The notes under the pieces are model-generated. The model saw only the letters and a list, made by a program, of their open reading frames with translations, searched no databases and was not told the origin of the DNA. From the NCBI GenBank assembly GCA_945872825.1, contig CAMCBD010000004.1, forward strand, positions 3,596-67,595: a DNA stretch of 64,000 nt, written 5' to 3'. The stretch is from Nitrosomonas ureae (lineage in GTDB: Bacteria; Pseudomonadota; Gammaproteobacteria; Burkholderiales; Nitrosomonadaceae). The position numbers and the translations under genes are program-made. Positions 30,295 to 41,668 of this stretch are shown one piece after another (position 1 is the first letter of the stretch; every line of letters begins with the position of its first letter).

Positions 30295-31263
30295 TTACTG
30301 ACCCAGCGCATCGGTAATCTGATTAAAAGGCTTCTGCTGGAAAAAATTGCTGATGTTTCCGCCCAATTGATCCAGCAGCCGTTGTCTGGATTCCTGGCTG
30401 GCCCAGGCGATATGCGGCGTGACAATCAGGTTTTCCGGTTGTTGCTGTAGAATCGAATTGTCTTTACCCGGCGGCTCTTCCTGTATCACATCGATGGCGG
30501 CACCGGCGATCCGGCCCGTGGACAAGCAATGCAGCAGATCCGCTTCATGCACCAGTTTTCCCCGCGCAGTATTAACCAGATACGCGGAAGGTTTCATCAA
30601 TTCAAACTCCCGGCGGCTGATCAAATGATGGGTTTCTGGCGAAAAAGGACAATGCAACGTAATAAAATCCGCCTGCTGCAACACGCCGTCAAATGCCATT
30701 CTGCCGGGACGCGGCGGCTTACCTTTATGTTCCGCGATCAGCACCTGCATGCCGAATGCTTGCGCGATTTGCGCTACGGCATGACCCAATTCGCCGTACC
30801 CGATGATCCCCAGCATTTTTCCGGATAACTCCTGAATGCCGAAATCGAGCGGGCAGAAAAACCGGCTCTCTTGCCAGCCGCCGCGTTTCACCAGTTCCTG
30901 ATAGTCGATGAAATGGCGCGCCAGATTCAGCATCAGCATGAACACATGCTGCACCACCGAAGGCGTGGCGTAGCCGCGCACGTTGCATACCGGAATGTTG
31001 CGCTCGGCGGCGGCAACGAGGTCGACATTGTTGTACCCGGTGGCGGCCACGCAAATGAGTTTCAGATGTTTCGCCACGGCAATCGCCGCGCGGCTGATGA
31101 ACACCTTGTTGCTGACAATTACCTCAGCTTCGCAGATTCGCTCCAACACTTCCTGCTCGGAAGAGTCGTGATAATACTGCCACGGTGAGATCGCTTGCTC
31201 CAGCGCCGCGCAATCCATATCACCGCGGGTTACGGAACCAAAATCCAAAAAAATAGCGCGCAT
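30295..31263 (-). CDS. D-2-hydroxyacid dehydrogenase (glycerate/hydroxypyruvate reductase-like)
   Basis: ATGYNNVD, GIIGYGELG, LHCP, NTARG, TPHIAWAS. Confidence 0.9.
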   Translation of the reverse strand: MRAIFLDFGSVTRGDMDCAALEQAISPWQYYHDSSEQEVLERICEAEVIVSNKVFISRAAIAVAKHLKLICVAATGYNNVDLVAAAERNIPVCNVRGYATPSVVQHVFMLMLNLARHFIDYQELVKRGGWQESRFFCPLDFGIQELSGKMLGIIGYGELGHAVAQIAQAFGMQVLIAEHKGKPPRPGRMAFDGVLQQADFITLHCPFSPETHHLISRREFELMKPSAYLVNTARGKLVHEADLLHCLSTGRIAGAAIDVIQEEPPGKDNSILQQQPENLIVTPHIAWASQESRQRLLDQLGGNISNFFQQKPFNQITDALGQ

Positions 31264-31383
31264 TTCAATGCTCCAGTGATGATCGAAAATCATACCACAA
31301 GCGATGCTTTAACGTTCCCGGTGGATCACGTAGAATCAGGCCTGGCAAAATCGTCACAGACACATTGGGGAACGCATGGCACA

Positions 31384-31545
31384 GGAGTCTGTCGGACTTA
31401 AGCAATCGTAGCGAGCCGAGTGGAAGAATGAGTGCGTATTTTCTCTATTTTGAGGCGCATAGTCGATCTACGCAACGAGAAATTGAGGAAATATGAACCG
31501 TTATCCCACTGGCGCAGTAGATTGACCTTAAGTCCGACAGGCTCC
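31384..31545. mobile_element. 162-bp MITE, copy 1
   Basis: terminal inverted repeats GGAGTCTGTCGGACTTAAG / CTTAAGTCCGACAGGCTCC; near-identical to 53244-53405; no transposase. Confidence 0.88.
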
Positions 31546-33115
31546 CAGCCTGGAATGAAATCAGAGATCGCGCGCTGGCGTTTTCCAGAGAATGGGCCAG
31601 TGCAGAATCGGAAGATGCGGAAGCCAAGCCATTCTGGATCGAGTTTTTTCATGTGTTTGGCATCAGCCCCCGGCGCATTGGCGGTTTTGAACAAAAAGTC
31701 AAAAAACTGGGTGACAGAGATGGCTATATTGATTGGCTATGGAAAGGCAACCTGCTGATCGAACATAAGTCGCGCGGCAAGGATTTGGATCGCGCCTACC
31801 AGCAAGCCATTGATTATTTCCCCGACCTGAAAGAACATGAACTGCCGCGCTTTGTTCTAGTCAGCGATTTTTCGCGCTTTCGCTTGTATGACGCGATAGA
31901 AGGCACGCAAACCGAATTCCTGCTGAAAGATTTTCATAAATTCGTCAAACTGTTCTGGTTCATCGCCGGTTATCAACCGCAAAAAATTTCCGCGCAAAGC
32001 CCGGTCAATGCCAAAGCGGTGCAGCGCATGGCCAAACTGCACGACCGCTTGAAACAGATTGGCTATGGAAGAAATAAACCTCGTGATCTGGAAGTTTATC
32101 TGGTGCGCCTGCTGTTCTGTCTGTTCGCCGAAGATACCGGCATTTTCGAGCGCACGCAGTTTACCGAATTCATCGAGCAGAAAACACGTGAAGATGGCAG
32201 CGATCTGGCGTCGCAGCTTTCACAATTGTTTGAAATCCTGAATACGCCGGAAACTGCGCGGCTAAAAAACCTGGATGACACCCTGGCGCATTTTCCGTAT
32301 ATCAACGGAAAACTATTTGAAGAACACCTGCCGTTCGCCAGTTTCGACAGCGACATGCGCACCGCGCTGTTGTTTTGCTGCGCACTGGATTGGAGCGGCA
32401 TTTCTCCGGCGATTTTCGGTTCCTTGTTCCAAAATATTATGGACGAAACCCCGAACGCACGGCGCAATCTCGGCGCGCATTACACCACCGAGGAAAACAT
32501 TCTCAAGCTGATCCGCCCGCTGTTTCTCGACGAACTGCACACTGAGTTCGACAAAATCAAAAACAACACCAAGTGCCTGCAAGTCTTTCATAGCAAACTG
32601 GCCAATCTGAAATTTCTCGACCCGGCGTGCGGCTGCGGCAATTTCCTCGTCATCGCCTACCGCGAACTGTGCCAGCTTGAACTCAAAGTACTGCGAACAC
32701 TGCACGACAGCGGCCAGCAAATGCTGGATATCACCAGCATTATTCAGGTCGATGTCGATCAGTTCCACGGCATCGAAATCGAAGAATCTCCGGTACAAAT
32801 CGCACAGGTGGCCTTGTGGCTCACCGACCACCAGATGAACGCGCAAGTCTCGGAAGAATTCGGCCAATACTTCGTCCACCTGCCACGCGCACATCGTACA
32901 TGGCAATGCATTACGGCTGGATTGGAATACTGTTATTCCGGCGGCGCAATGCAGTTTTGTGATGGGGAATCCGCCGTTTATTGGCGCAAAATTTATGAGC
33001 GAAGCACAACGCGCCGACGTAACCACTATTTTTCACGATATTCACGATACCAAAAACGCCGGGTTGCTGGATTATGTGGCTTGTTGGTATCGCAAGGCCA
33101 CGGAATACATGGCAC

Positions 33116-33220
33116 AAATCCCCCTCGATCCCCCTTTTACAAAGGGGAAAGTGGAGAGTGACCACTTGAACGCACACACCTCGATTCCCACCTTTGCAAA
33201 AGGGGGGCCAGGGGGGATTT
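33116..33220. repeat. 105-bp palindromic element inserted in frame in the RM gene
   Basis: AAATCCCCC...GGGGGGATTT ends with internal CCCCTTT/AAAGGGG hairpins; length divisible by 3. Confidence 0.8.
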
Positions 33221-34096
33221 CAGCGGCCTTCGTCTCCACCAACTCCATCACCCAGGGCGAGCAAGTCGGCGTGCTGTGGCCGGACTTGCTCCGGCACGGC
33301 GTGCAACTTCATTTTGCCCACCGCACGTTTCAGTGGATGAACGAAGCCAAAGGCAAAGCCGCGGTGCATTGCGTCATTATTGGTTTTGGTTTGCAGGAAG
33401 CTGCGCACAAAATCATTTTTGAATATGCCGATATTCAAGGCAAACCACACGCAATTCCAGCGAATAACATCAATCCCTATTTGGTGGATGCCCCAAACGT
33501 AGTACTGGAGAACCGCACCTATCCAATTTGCGATGTGCCGAAAATGATCAACGGTAGCAAACCCGCTGACGGTGGCAACTTGCTATTGAGTGACGAAGAA
33601 AAGCATGAATTATTAATAGCCGAGCCTCAAGCTGAAAAGTGGATTCGTCCATTCATCGGAGCCGATGAATTTATCAATAATATTCCACGCTGGTGCTTGT
33701 GGCTGGTTGATATTTCACCTGCGGAGCTACGTACCATGCCACAAATAATGCAACGCGTAGAAGCCGTAAGAACTATGCGCCTTGCCAGCAAGGATGCACA
33801 AACAATAAAAGACGCAGTTACACCTACCCTATTTCAGAAAATTCGCCAACCGACAGAACCCTACTTACTTGTTCCCAGTGTTTCTTCCGAGAATAGACTG
33901 TATGTGCCAATTGGATATTTGCTGCCAGAAGTCATTGTCAGTAATTTAGTATATTCCATTCCCAACGCTACCCTCTATCACTTCGGCATCCTCACTTCCA
34001 CCATGCACAATGCCTGGATGCGTACCGTATGTGGAAGATTAAAAAGCGATTACCGCTATTCCGTTGGCATTGTGTACAACAACTTCCCCTGGCCTG

Positions 34097-34144
34097 AAAT
34101 CCCCCCTTTGACAAAGGGGGGAGGTGCGCAGCACGGGGGGATTT
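34097..34144. repeat. 48-bp palindromic element inserted in frame in the RM gene
   Basis: AAATCCCCCCTTTGACAAAGGGGGG...GGGGGGATTT; length divisible by 3. Confidence 0.8.
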
Positions 34145-34426
34145 CCGCCATCGAAACCGCCGCCCAGGCAGTGCTGGATGCCCGTGCCCAGTTTCCTGAT
34201 TCGACCCTGGCCGATTTGTACGATCCGCTGGCGATGCCGCCGGAATTGGTTCACGTGCATCAGGCTCTGGATCGTGCCGTGGATGCGGCATATGGCAAGA
34301 AGAATTTCGCTTCCGAAGCGGAACGTGTGGCTTTTTTGTTTGAGCGTTATCAAGCCATTACCAGTCTGCTGCCTGCTGTTTCAGCTAAAAAAACGAAAAA
34401 GCCGCAATCATCCTGAGAAGCCACCC

Positions 34427-34530
34427 AATAACTGTCATTTCGAGCACAGCGAGAAATCTATTGGGTTGATTATTGAAGATTCCTCACTGCGTTCGGAATG
34501 ACCATTAGGGATTATTCAGGATTTCCCTAA
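34427..34530 (-). repeat. REP-like composite palindromic element, copy 1 (inverted orientation)
   Basis: GTCATTTCGAGCACAGCGAGAAATCT...AGATTCCTCACTGCGTTCGGAATGAC plus ATTATTCAGGATTTCCCTAA end. Confidence 0.82.
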
Positions 34531-34534
34531 GAAA

Positions 34535-35764
34535 CTATTTGGCAATCGTAATACTCGGCACGCCAATACGCGGAATATCGATGACAGTCATTTGAAACAA
34601 CAAGAATAATAGCTGGAAGGCATCGCGGTTCCAGCGGGCATTAGGGCCCTTGGTATTCACAGCATAATACTGGCCATTATTCCAACGGATTGAGAAATCG
34701 ACTTCCGCCGGTGGTGAGTTTGAAACGACAAATTCCATGGTCAAATCAGGATTCTCGTCCCAGAGTATAGGCGGTGTTCTGGGATCTTTCTCGACGTGAT
34801 ATCCTGTTTCATGGCCGAGCGCTTTACCGAGAAAACCGAGAATCGAATGAAAGCTCCTGAGTCGGAAAACGCCGCTGATAGGCCATTCCCCGCCGTAGTG
34901 GCCAGTCCGGATATCAAAAGCAATATCGCTGACATTCCAATCTCCCGCCTGATCATGCAATGCCTCACGTTCTGCATCGGTTAGCGTGCTGGGATCGTAG
35001 TTGGTGATTAGAATCGGCCCCGGTACTTGTTTACGCAGCGTATAGGTATTGTCTTCCGGGTTGTAGCGTACAACAAATTCTTTTTGCAGCGCTTGGAAGC
35101 CTTCGGCTGCAATTGAGCTGGCCGGGATGGTCCAGGTCTGGATGAGCGGCAATGGTTCCACATGTAATTCATTTTTATCTTGAATCGCAGAAAGATGCAA
35201 TACCACGCGACGAAACATCTCATAACCGGCTTTATCCGACGGGCTATTGCGATAGCTGCTATGTTGCTCGGCAACATTTAGCAAGCGCACTTCCTGCGCC
35301 ATCATCCGTAATAACAGATCGACATCAAACCGCTGACGCAGCAGCAGCGTCAGCTTGCTTTGTGGAAACGGCGTGAGCAAGCGCTTGGTAAAGTCTTCTC
35401 CTTCGATTGGAACGATACTGATGGTGGGGCTTTCTGAAACACCGCCGCCGAAAATCGGCAACATGGTCGCCCCGGCAAGTCCTCCCAATGCGGGTGTAGC
35501 ACCGGCATTCGCATGAAAGGTGAAAGTAGCCGCAATATTTGAAACGCCGGTGAAATGAACCGGTTGGCGGTGATGCGCGCGCACGATATTGATCAGTAAC
35601 TGTTGCGATAGGGCATCGGTGACGGCATCGTCATAAGCGATTACGGCGCGATTCAGCGCCATCGGTGAGACACAACCGGCAAGGACACCCAGGATCAAGA
35701 TGCACGGTAACAATCGCAGCAAATGCCGCAAAAAGATCGAGTTAATAATATTCTGGCCGGGCAT
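34535..35764 (-). CDS. hypothetical lipoprotein
   Basis: VLAGC lipobox; LLINIVRA..QPVHF; start uncertain and overlaps the end of dnaB. Confidence 0.7.
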   Translation of the reverse strand: MPGQNIINSIFLRHLLRLLPCILILGVLAGCVSPMALNRAVIAYDDAVTDALSQQLLINIVRAHHRQPVHFTGVSNIAATFTFHANAGATPALGGLAGATMLPIFGGGVSESPTISIVPIEGEDFTKRLLTPFPQSKLTLLLRQRFDVDLLLRMMAQEVRLLNVAEQHSSYRNSPSDKAGYEMFRRVVLHLSAIQDKNELHVEPLPLIQTWTIPASSIAAEGFQALQKEFVVRYNPEDNTYTLRKQVPGPILITNYDPSTLTDAEREALHDQAGDWNVSDIAFDIRTGHYGGEWPISGVFRLRSFHSILGFLGKALGHETGYHVEKDPRTPPILWDENPDLTMEFVVSNSPPAEVDFSIRWNNGQYYAVNTKGPNARWNRDAFQLLFLLFQMTVIDIPRIGVPSITIAK

Positions 35765-37127
35765 GGCTTTCAAAACGGGTGTATTCACCCAGGAAAGTTA
35801 AATCGACTTTTCCGATCGGGCCATTGCGCTGTTTACCAATGATGATTTCTGCGATACCTTTGTCTGGCGAATCCGGGTTGTACACTTCGTCCCGGTAAAT
35901 AAAGAGAATGACATCAGCATCTTGTTCGATCGCACCGGATTCACGCAAGTCTGACATGACCGGGCGCTTGTTGGGACGTTGCTCAAGGCTTCGATTAAGC
36001 TGAGATAACGCGATGACCGGCACTTTCAATTCTTTGGCCAATCCTTTTAAAGCACGCGATATTTCTGAAATTTCCGTGGCGCGATTCTCCCCTTGGCTGC
36101 TGGAAGACATGAGCTGTAAATAATCCACTACAATTAAACCCAGTTCACCATGCTGGCGATAGAGCCGCCTGGCGCGTGCCCTGAGTTCCAAAGCATTCAG
36201 TGCCGCAGACTCATCAATGAAAATCGGCGCTTCGTTGAGTTTGCCTAACGCATGCGTCAACTTAGGCCAATCCGCATCTTCCAGACGGCCGGTACGTACT
36301 TTATGCTGATCCAGTTTTCCGACCGATCCCAGCATACGCATGGCAAGTTGGGCCCCTCCCATTTCCATACTGAACACGGCGACCGGTTTGTTCAATTCCA
36401 GTGCGACATGCTCGGCGATATTCAGTGAAAATGCAGTTTTACCCATGGATGGCCGACCCGCCACTATGATTAGATCTCCAGGTTGAAATCCGGATGTTTT
36501 TTGATCGAGATCGTGAAAGCCAGATGCAATGCCGGTAACATTGCTTGGATTATCCTGGCTGTAGAGTAACTCTATCCTTTCAACTACTTGTTTTAGGAGC
36601 GGTTGAATATCCATGAAGCCTTCTTTGCCTCGAGCACCTTCTTCGGCAATTTCAAAGACTCTCTTTTCCGCTTCATCGAGCAAATCTGCTGCAGAACGTC
36701 CGGCCGGACTATATGCAGAATCCGTTATCTGGACACCGATCTGTGCCAGATTACGCATAATTGAGCGTTCACGAACAATCTCAGCATAACGTTTTATATT
36801 TGCCGCAGAAGGGGTGTTTTGTACAATGGCGCCAATATAAGCGAGTCCACCGATTTTCTGAAGCTCAGCCGATATTTCCAGGGATTCGGCCACCGTAATC
36901 ACGTCAGCGGGTTTGTTATGTTCTATCAGTTTGCAAATATGATGATAGATCAGACGATGATCCTGCCGGTAAAAATCACTATCCGTAATGACATCAGCGA
37001 CTTTCTCCCAGGCATGATTATCCAGCATCAGCCCACCCAGGACAGACTGCTCACTTTCAATAGAGTGAGGAGGCGTTTTATAGGAATCTACGGGCTGATC
37101 TTGATTGATGCTGAGAGTTGACGCCAT
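35742..37127 (-). CDS. dnaB: replicative DNA helicase
   Basis: PPHSIESEQSVLG, AGRPSMGKT, DYLQLM, SDLRESGAIEQDAD. Confidence 0.97.
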   Translation of the reverse strand: MASTLSINQDQPVDSYKTPPHSIESEQSVLGGLMLDNHAWEKVADVITDSDFYRQDHRLIYHHICKLIEHNKPADVITVAESLEISAELQKIGGLAYIGAIVQNTPSAANIKRYAEIVRERSIMRNLAQIGVQITDSAYSPAGRSAADLLDEAEKRVFEIAEEGARGKEGFMDIQPLLKQVVERIELLYSQDNPSNVTGIASGFHDLDQKTSGFQPGDLIIVAGRPSMGKTAFSLNIAEHVALELNKPVAVFSMEMGGAQLAMRMLGSVGKLDQHKVRTGRLEDADWPKLTHALGKLNEAPIFIDESAALNALELRARARRLYRQHGELGLIVVDYLQLMSSSSQGENRATEISEISRALKGLAKELKVPVIALSQLNRSLEQRPNKRPVMSDLRESGAIEQDADVILFIYRDEVYNPDSPDKGIAEIIIGKQRNGPIGKVDLTFLGEYTRFESHARPEYY

Positions 37128-37188
37128 GGGTATCCGTATAAAAACACAAGAGTGATATTTGATTCTATCACTTGCTGAATAACAAATG

Positions 37189-37216
37189 AAAAAGGACTAC
37201 CGGAATAGTCCTTTTT
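37189..37216 (-). terminator. intrinsic terminator after rplI
   Basis: AAAAAGGACTA-CCGGAA-TAGTCCTTTTT. Confidence 0.75.
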
Positions 37217-37245
37217 AAGAAACGAGTATGCCTACAATTGCGCTA

Positions 37246-37701
37246 TCAGAGCATTGCCTCACCTAATACCGAAACAGTGATATGGGCTGAAACATCGCTG
37301 TGCAGAGAAATTGTCAAAGGGTAATCGCCAACTTGTTTTAATTGACCATTCGGCATACGGATCATGGCTCTTTCAATTGCGAAACCCTGCCCGGCAAGTG
37401 CCTCAGCGATATTTGCATTGGTCACTGAACCGAACAATTTACCATCGCTCCCAGCCTTCTGGGAAATTTGCACCAATAATCCATCTAGTTTCGCTGCCAT
37501 TGCCTGAGCAGCCGTTAAAGCTGCAGCTTGTACTTTTTCAAGTTCGGCACGTTTGGATTGAAATTCCGCAATGGCTTGCTCGGTGGCACGTTTTGCCTTT
37601 CCTTGCGGGATCAGATAATTACGTGCAAAACCGCTTTTAACATTAACAATGTCGCCCAATTGACCTAAATTGGTAACTTTTTCCATCAAAATAATCTGCA
37701 T
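37246..37701 (-). CDS. rplI: 50S ribosomal protein L9
   Basis: [24 protein letters not shown]. Confidence 0.97.
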   Translation of the reverse strand: MQIILMEKVTNLGQLGDIVNVKSGFARNYLIPQGKAKRATEQAIAEFQSKRAELEKVQAAALTAAQAMAAKLDGLLVQISQKAGSDGKLFGSVTNANIAEALAGQGFAIERAMIRMPNGQLKQVGDYPLTISLHSDVSAHITVSVLGEAML

Positions 37702-37712
37702 ATCATTACTCC

Positions 37713-37994
37713 TTAATGACGATCAGTGTAAGGTAATAATGCTAAAAAACGAGCTCGCTCTATCGCTGTACCCAGTTGCCGCTGATAAAAAGATGTCGTA
37801 CCGGTAATACGTGCTGGAATTATCTTTCCATTCTCATTAACAAAGTCTTTTAAAATATCAATGTCTTTATAATCAACATTTTTTATGCCTTCTGCAGTAA
37901 AACGGCAAAACTTTTTGCGCTTAAATAAAGGACGATTAACTTTCTTTTCTCTTTCTTTATCTTTACTGTCTTTACGTCTTGTAAAACGTGCCAT
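37713..37994 (-). CDS. rpsR: 30S ribosomal protein S18
   Basis: [31 protein letters not shown]. Confidence 0.97.
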   Translation of the reverse strand: MARFTRRKDSKDKEREKKVNRPLFKRKKFCRFTAEGIKNVDYKDIDILKDFVNENGKIIPARITGTTSFYQRQLGTAIERARFLALLPYTDRH

Positions 37995-38013
37995 TTTAAT
38001 TCCTATTAACTGA

Positions 38014-38310
38014 TTAAATAAGTTCTATATGATCGGTATGCAATACTAACTGATGATTCATATGGCTTTTTCTATTGATAAATCCGGTGAGTTTAACCGT
38101 ATTGTTAATCTTAAATCCGGCAACAGTCAAAGCCAACTGCCCTAATGCTACTGCAAGAATATCAAATATTATTTGTCGAGCTACGCCCGCTTCCTTTTGT
38201 CGCGATACGTGATTGATTGTAAACTCAATAACGGCAACTCCAGCAGGTGTATAGCGCAAAACCCCTAGCTTAGCAATTCTTCCACAAATAATTGTTTGAT
38301 TACAATCCAA
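38014..38310 (-). CDS. priB: primosomal replication protein N
   Basis: [10 protein letters not shown]-fold motif; located between rpsF and rpsR. Confidence 0.9.
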   Translation of the reverse strand: MDCNQTIICGRIAKLGVLRYTPAGVAVIEFTINHVSRQKEAGVARQIIFDILAVALGQLALTVAGFKINNTVKLTGFINRKSHMNHQLVLHTDHIELI

Positions 38311-38322
38311 TTGCTATTAAGT

Positions 38323-38736
38323 TTACGCAGGGGCGCTCGATTCTTCAGGCACCTCATCAGGTTCTGCTTCATCAGCAACTGTATCTGGGACATGTAAGCT
38401 CGCAGAACCGGATCTTTCTTCTTGACGCATCATTGGCGATGGTTCTGTGACCGGTCCCTTGGTCTTGATGGTTAAGTGCCGCAGGATAGCATCACTGAAT
38501 TTAAACGCATGATCTAAGTCATTCAGGGTTTCTTGATCACATTCAATATTCATTAATACATAATGCGCTTTATGAACTTTCTGAATCAGATAGGCAAGCT
38601 GGCGGCGGCCCCAATCTTCCACGCGATGAATTGTGCCATTTTTTGCGGTTACAATGCCACGATAACGTTCGATCATTGCAGGTACTTGCTCACTCTGATC
38701 AGGATGAACAATAAAAACTATTTCGTAATGTCGCAT
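38323..38736 (-). CDS. rpsF: 30S ribosomal protein S6
   Basis: [28 protein letters not shown]. Confidence 0.97.
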   Translation of the reverse strand: MRHYEIVFIVHPDQSEQVPAMIERYRGIVTAKNGTIHRVEDWGRRQLAYLIQKVHKAHYVLMNIECDQETLNDLDHAFKFSDAILRHLTIKTKGPVTEPSPMMRQEERSGSASLHVPDTVADEAEPDEVPEESSAPA

Positions 38737-39056
38737 AAATTCCTTATGGATAAAGCCTCCCATCAATTATGATAGTGAGACAAGGTTGAAAAACATTTAA
38801 TTTTACTTAATTTATAAGGCAATATCAAATAATGTTCAATTAATTGCGATTAGTTGGCATTGATAAATCAGATGCTTCGGAACGCTTCGGATCAATGTCT
38901 CACGTAAAATAACCAATTCACAATAAAAGATGAAGCAACACTCATGTCCGTTGAACTGGTAAAATTTGCTTGCTCTATATTCAACAATCCGTCATTTGAT
39001 ATAATTTTCACAGAAATATTTAAACAATAGCACGCACAAACAAAGCGTTAAAATAT

Positions 39057-39620
39057 ATGTTGCTAATGATTGATAACTACGATTCTTTTACCTATAACCT
39101 GGTGCAATATTTCTCTGAATTAGGTGAAAACGTTGTTGTATACCGGAATGATGAAATTACTCTGGATAAAATTTCACAACTGAACCCTGAACGAATAGTG
39201 ATTTCCCCAGGACCCTGCACTCCCAATGAAGCAGGCGTGTCACTGTCAGTGATTAATCAGTTCAGTCAGAACATTCCAGTTTTAGGTGTTTGTCTGGGGC
39301 ATCAAAGCATAGGGCAAGCATTCGGCGGCAGGATTATCCATGCAAAACAGCTCATGCACGGCAAAACATCGCCCATTTTTCATCATAATGCGGGTGTTTT
39401 CCGGGATTTGCCCAATCCGTTCATTGCAACACGCTACCACTCCCTGGTCGTTGAACGCTCATCACTTCCTGATTGCCTGGAAATTACAGCGTGGACTGAA
39501 GATGATGAGATTATGGGCATCCGTCATAAAACACTCGCCATCGAGGGTATTCAATTTCATCCTGAATCTATTTTGAGCGAACATGGACATAAAATGCTCG
39601 AGAATTTTCTGAATCGCTAA
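39057..39620 (+). CDS. trpG: anthranilate synthase component II / glutamine amidotransferase
   Basis: [24 protein letters not shown]; upstream of trpD-trpC. Confidence 0.92.
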   Translation: MLLMIDNYDSFTYNLVQYFSELGENVVVYRNDEITLDKISQLNPERIVISPGPCTPNEAGVSLSVINQFSQNIPVLGVCLGHQSIGQAFGGRIIHAKQLMHGKTSPIFHHNAGVFRDLPNPFIATRYHSLVVERSSLPDCLEITAWTEDDEIMGIRHKTLAIEGIQFHPESILSEHGHKMLENFLNR

Positions 39621-39648
39621 TTAGATCAGGTTGAATAAAGGTAATTTA

Positions 39649-40674
39649 ATGACCCCACAAGAAGCGTTACATCGCATTATTGCCCATCAAGAAATAACGC
39701 ATGATGAGATGGTTTCATTGATGCGGCAAATCATGCAAGGAGAGATCTCACCCGTTCTAATCGCTGCGATTATCACTGGCCTTCGGGTAAAAAAAGAAAC
39801 TGTCGGTGAAATAGCAGCAGCGGCTCAAGTGATGCGTGAATTCGCAACCAAAGTAGATATCCCCGATAACACGCATTTGGTGGACACTTGTGGCACAGGT
39901 GGAGATTCTGCACATACATTCAATATTTCAACCGCATCGGCATTTGTCGCCGCAGCTGCGGGGACTCGCGTAGCCAAGCACGGCGGCAGATCGGTTTCGA
40001 GTAAGTCAGGTAGTGCTGATGTGCTTGAAGCGCTCGGTGTTAATTTAAATCAAACGCCGCAACAGGTCGCTCAAAGCATCCATGACATCGGGGTTGGTTT
40101 CATGTTTGCTCCAAATTACCACGCCGCTATGAAACATGCTGCTCCGGTACGACGCGAATTAGGCATTAAAACATTGTTCAACATTCTTGGGCCGCTGACA
40201 AATCCTGCCAATGCCAAAAGACAAGTACTGGGTGTATTTAATGCAGATCTGGTTAAAACTCTGGCACACGTTCTACAACTACTGGGCAGTGAGCATGTAC
40301 TAATCGTGCACGGCAAAGATGGATTAGATGAAATTACGATAACGGGCGAAACCAATATCGGTGAATTGAAAAATGGCAAAGTAGCGGTATATACCATCAG
40401 ACCAGAAGATTTTAATCTAAAAACATCCGCAATCGAGACTATCCGGGTTACGGACAGCGAACATGCAAAAACAATGTTGCTTTCAGTACTGGAGAACGTT
40501 GCCGGACCTGCGCGTGATATTGTTTTGATGAATGCTGGCGCTGCAATATATGTTTCCGGAATTGTGGATACCCTCGAACAGGGTATAAAAACAGCACAGC
40601 AGGCAATAGAAAGTGGCGCGGCACTCAAAAAACTTCATGAACTAGTGGAATTTACGAACAGAAATTCTGTTTAA
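39649..40674 (+). CDS. trpD: anthranilate phosphoribosyltransferase
   Basis: [30 protein letters not shown]. Confidence 0.96.
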   Translation: MTPQEALHRIIAHQEITHDEMVSLMRQIMQGEISPVLIAAIITGLRVKKETVGEIAAAAQVMREFATKVDIPDNTHLVDTCGTGGDSAHTFNISTASAFVAAAAGTRVAKHGGRSVSSKSGSADVLEALGVNLNQTPQQVAQSIHDIGVGFMFAPNYHAAMKHAAPVRRELGIKTLFNILGPLTNPANAKRQVLGVFNADLVKTLAHVLQLLGSEHVLIVHGKDGLDEITITGETNIGELKNGKVAVYTIRPEDFNLKTSAIETIRVTDSEHAKTMLLSVLENVAGPARDIVLMNAGAAIYVSGIVDTLEQGIKTAQQAIESGAALKKLHELVEFTNRNSV

Positions 40675-40681
40675 ACGCAAA

Positions 40682-41518
40682 ATGTCCGATATTTTAAAGA
40701 AAATCCTTGCAGTAAAGAAACAAGAAATTATTGCTGTCACGGCATTAAAGCCCTATTCATTATTACTCCAGGAAGCCCGTCTAGCAGCACCTCCACGTGA
40801 TTTTGTAGTCGCGATTCGTAACAAAATTACTGCGGGGCAATCCGCTGTTATTGCTGAAATCAAACAAGCCAGTCCCAGCAAAGGCATATTACGCGGACGT
40901 TCCTCTGACAACGATGCACAATCATTTGAATTTCTACCCGCTGAAATAGCCAAAACTTATGCGCAACACGGCGCAGCTTGTCTGTCAGTATTGACAGACA
41001 AGCAATTCTTTATGGGTAGCTCCGAATATTTGCAAGAAGCACGTGCAGCTTGCCTACTTCCAGTGCTTCGCAAAGATTTCATTCTTGAGGATTATCAGAT
41101 TGCGGAAGCACGCGCTATGAATGCTGATTGTATTTTGCTGATAGTCAGTGCTTTTTTATTAGAAAACATTGAACCCATAGTGCGAATGCTGAAGCTTGAA
41201 GAACTCGCCAATTCGCTTGGAATGGCTGTTCTGGTTGAAGTTCATGATGCAAATGAATTGCAGATAGCACTCCAGCTCAATACACCGTTAATCGGGATCA
41301 ATAATCGCAACTTGCGAACCTTTGAGACATCTTTAAATACCACTCTGGAATTATTGGAACGAATTCCAGCCAACAAAATAGTCGTTACGGAAAGCGGTAT
41401 ACATAATCCTGCCGATGTCGCATTGATGCGCAACCACCGCGTTAATGCATTTCTTGTGGGTGAAGCTTTCATGCGTGCTGAAGATCCGGGCATTGAATTA
41501 GAACGATTATTTTTCTGA
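40682..41518 (+). CDS. trpC: indole-3-glycerol phosphate synthase
   Basis: [29 protein letters not shown]. Confidence 0.96.
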   Translation: MSDILKKILAVKKQEIIAVTALKPYSLLLQEARLAAPPRDFVVAIRNKITAGQSAVIAEIKQASPSKGILRGRSSDNDAQSFEFLPAEIAKTYAQHGAACLSVLTDKQFFMGSSEYLQEARAACLLPVLRKDFILEDYQIAEARAMNADCILLIVSAFLLENIEPIVRMLKLEELANSLGMAVLVEVHDANELQIALQLNTPLIGINNRNLRTFETSLNTTLELLERIPANKIVVTESGIHNPADVALMRNHRVNAFLVGEAFMRAEDPGIELERLFF

Positions 41519-41668
41519 TCTCACATTTAATTTCTCTAAAATAAAACCTCTATAAATCAAGAAATCATTATCAGCAGATAAGTTATATACAGATAGCCTA
41601 TTGTTTCCTAAATATTTATACGGAATTGTCGTAAAAAAACCTACACTATTCCAAACCTGGGGCTCAAT

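Larger units (their letters stand above)
31376..34416 (+). pseudogene. MmeI-like type IIL/IIG restriction-modification enzyme, interrupted by a MITE at codon 3 and a frameshift near 32885
   Basis: WNEIRDRALAFSREW N-terminus, DGYID...IEHKSRGK nuclease motif, LDPACGCGNF motif I, GNPPF motif IV, YRYSVGIVYNNFPWP target-recognition tail. Confidence 0.88.
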
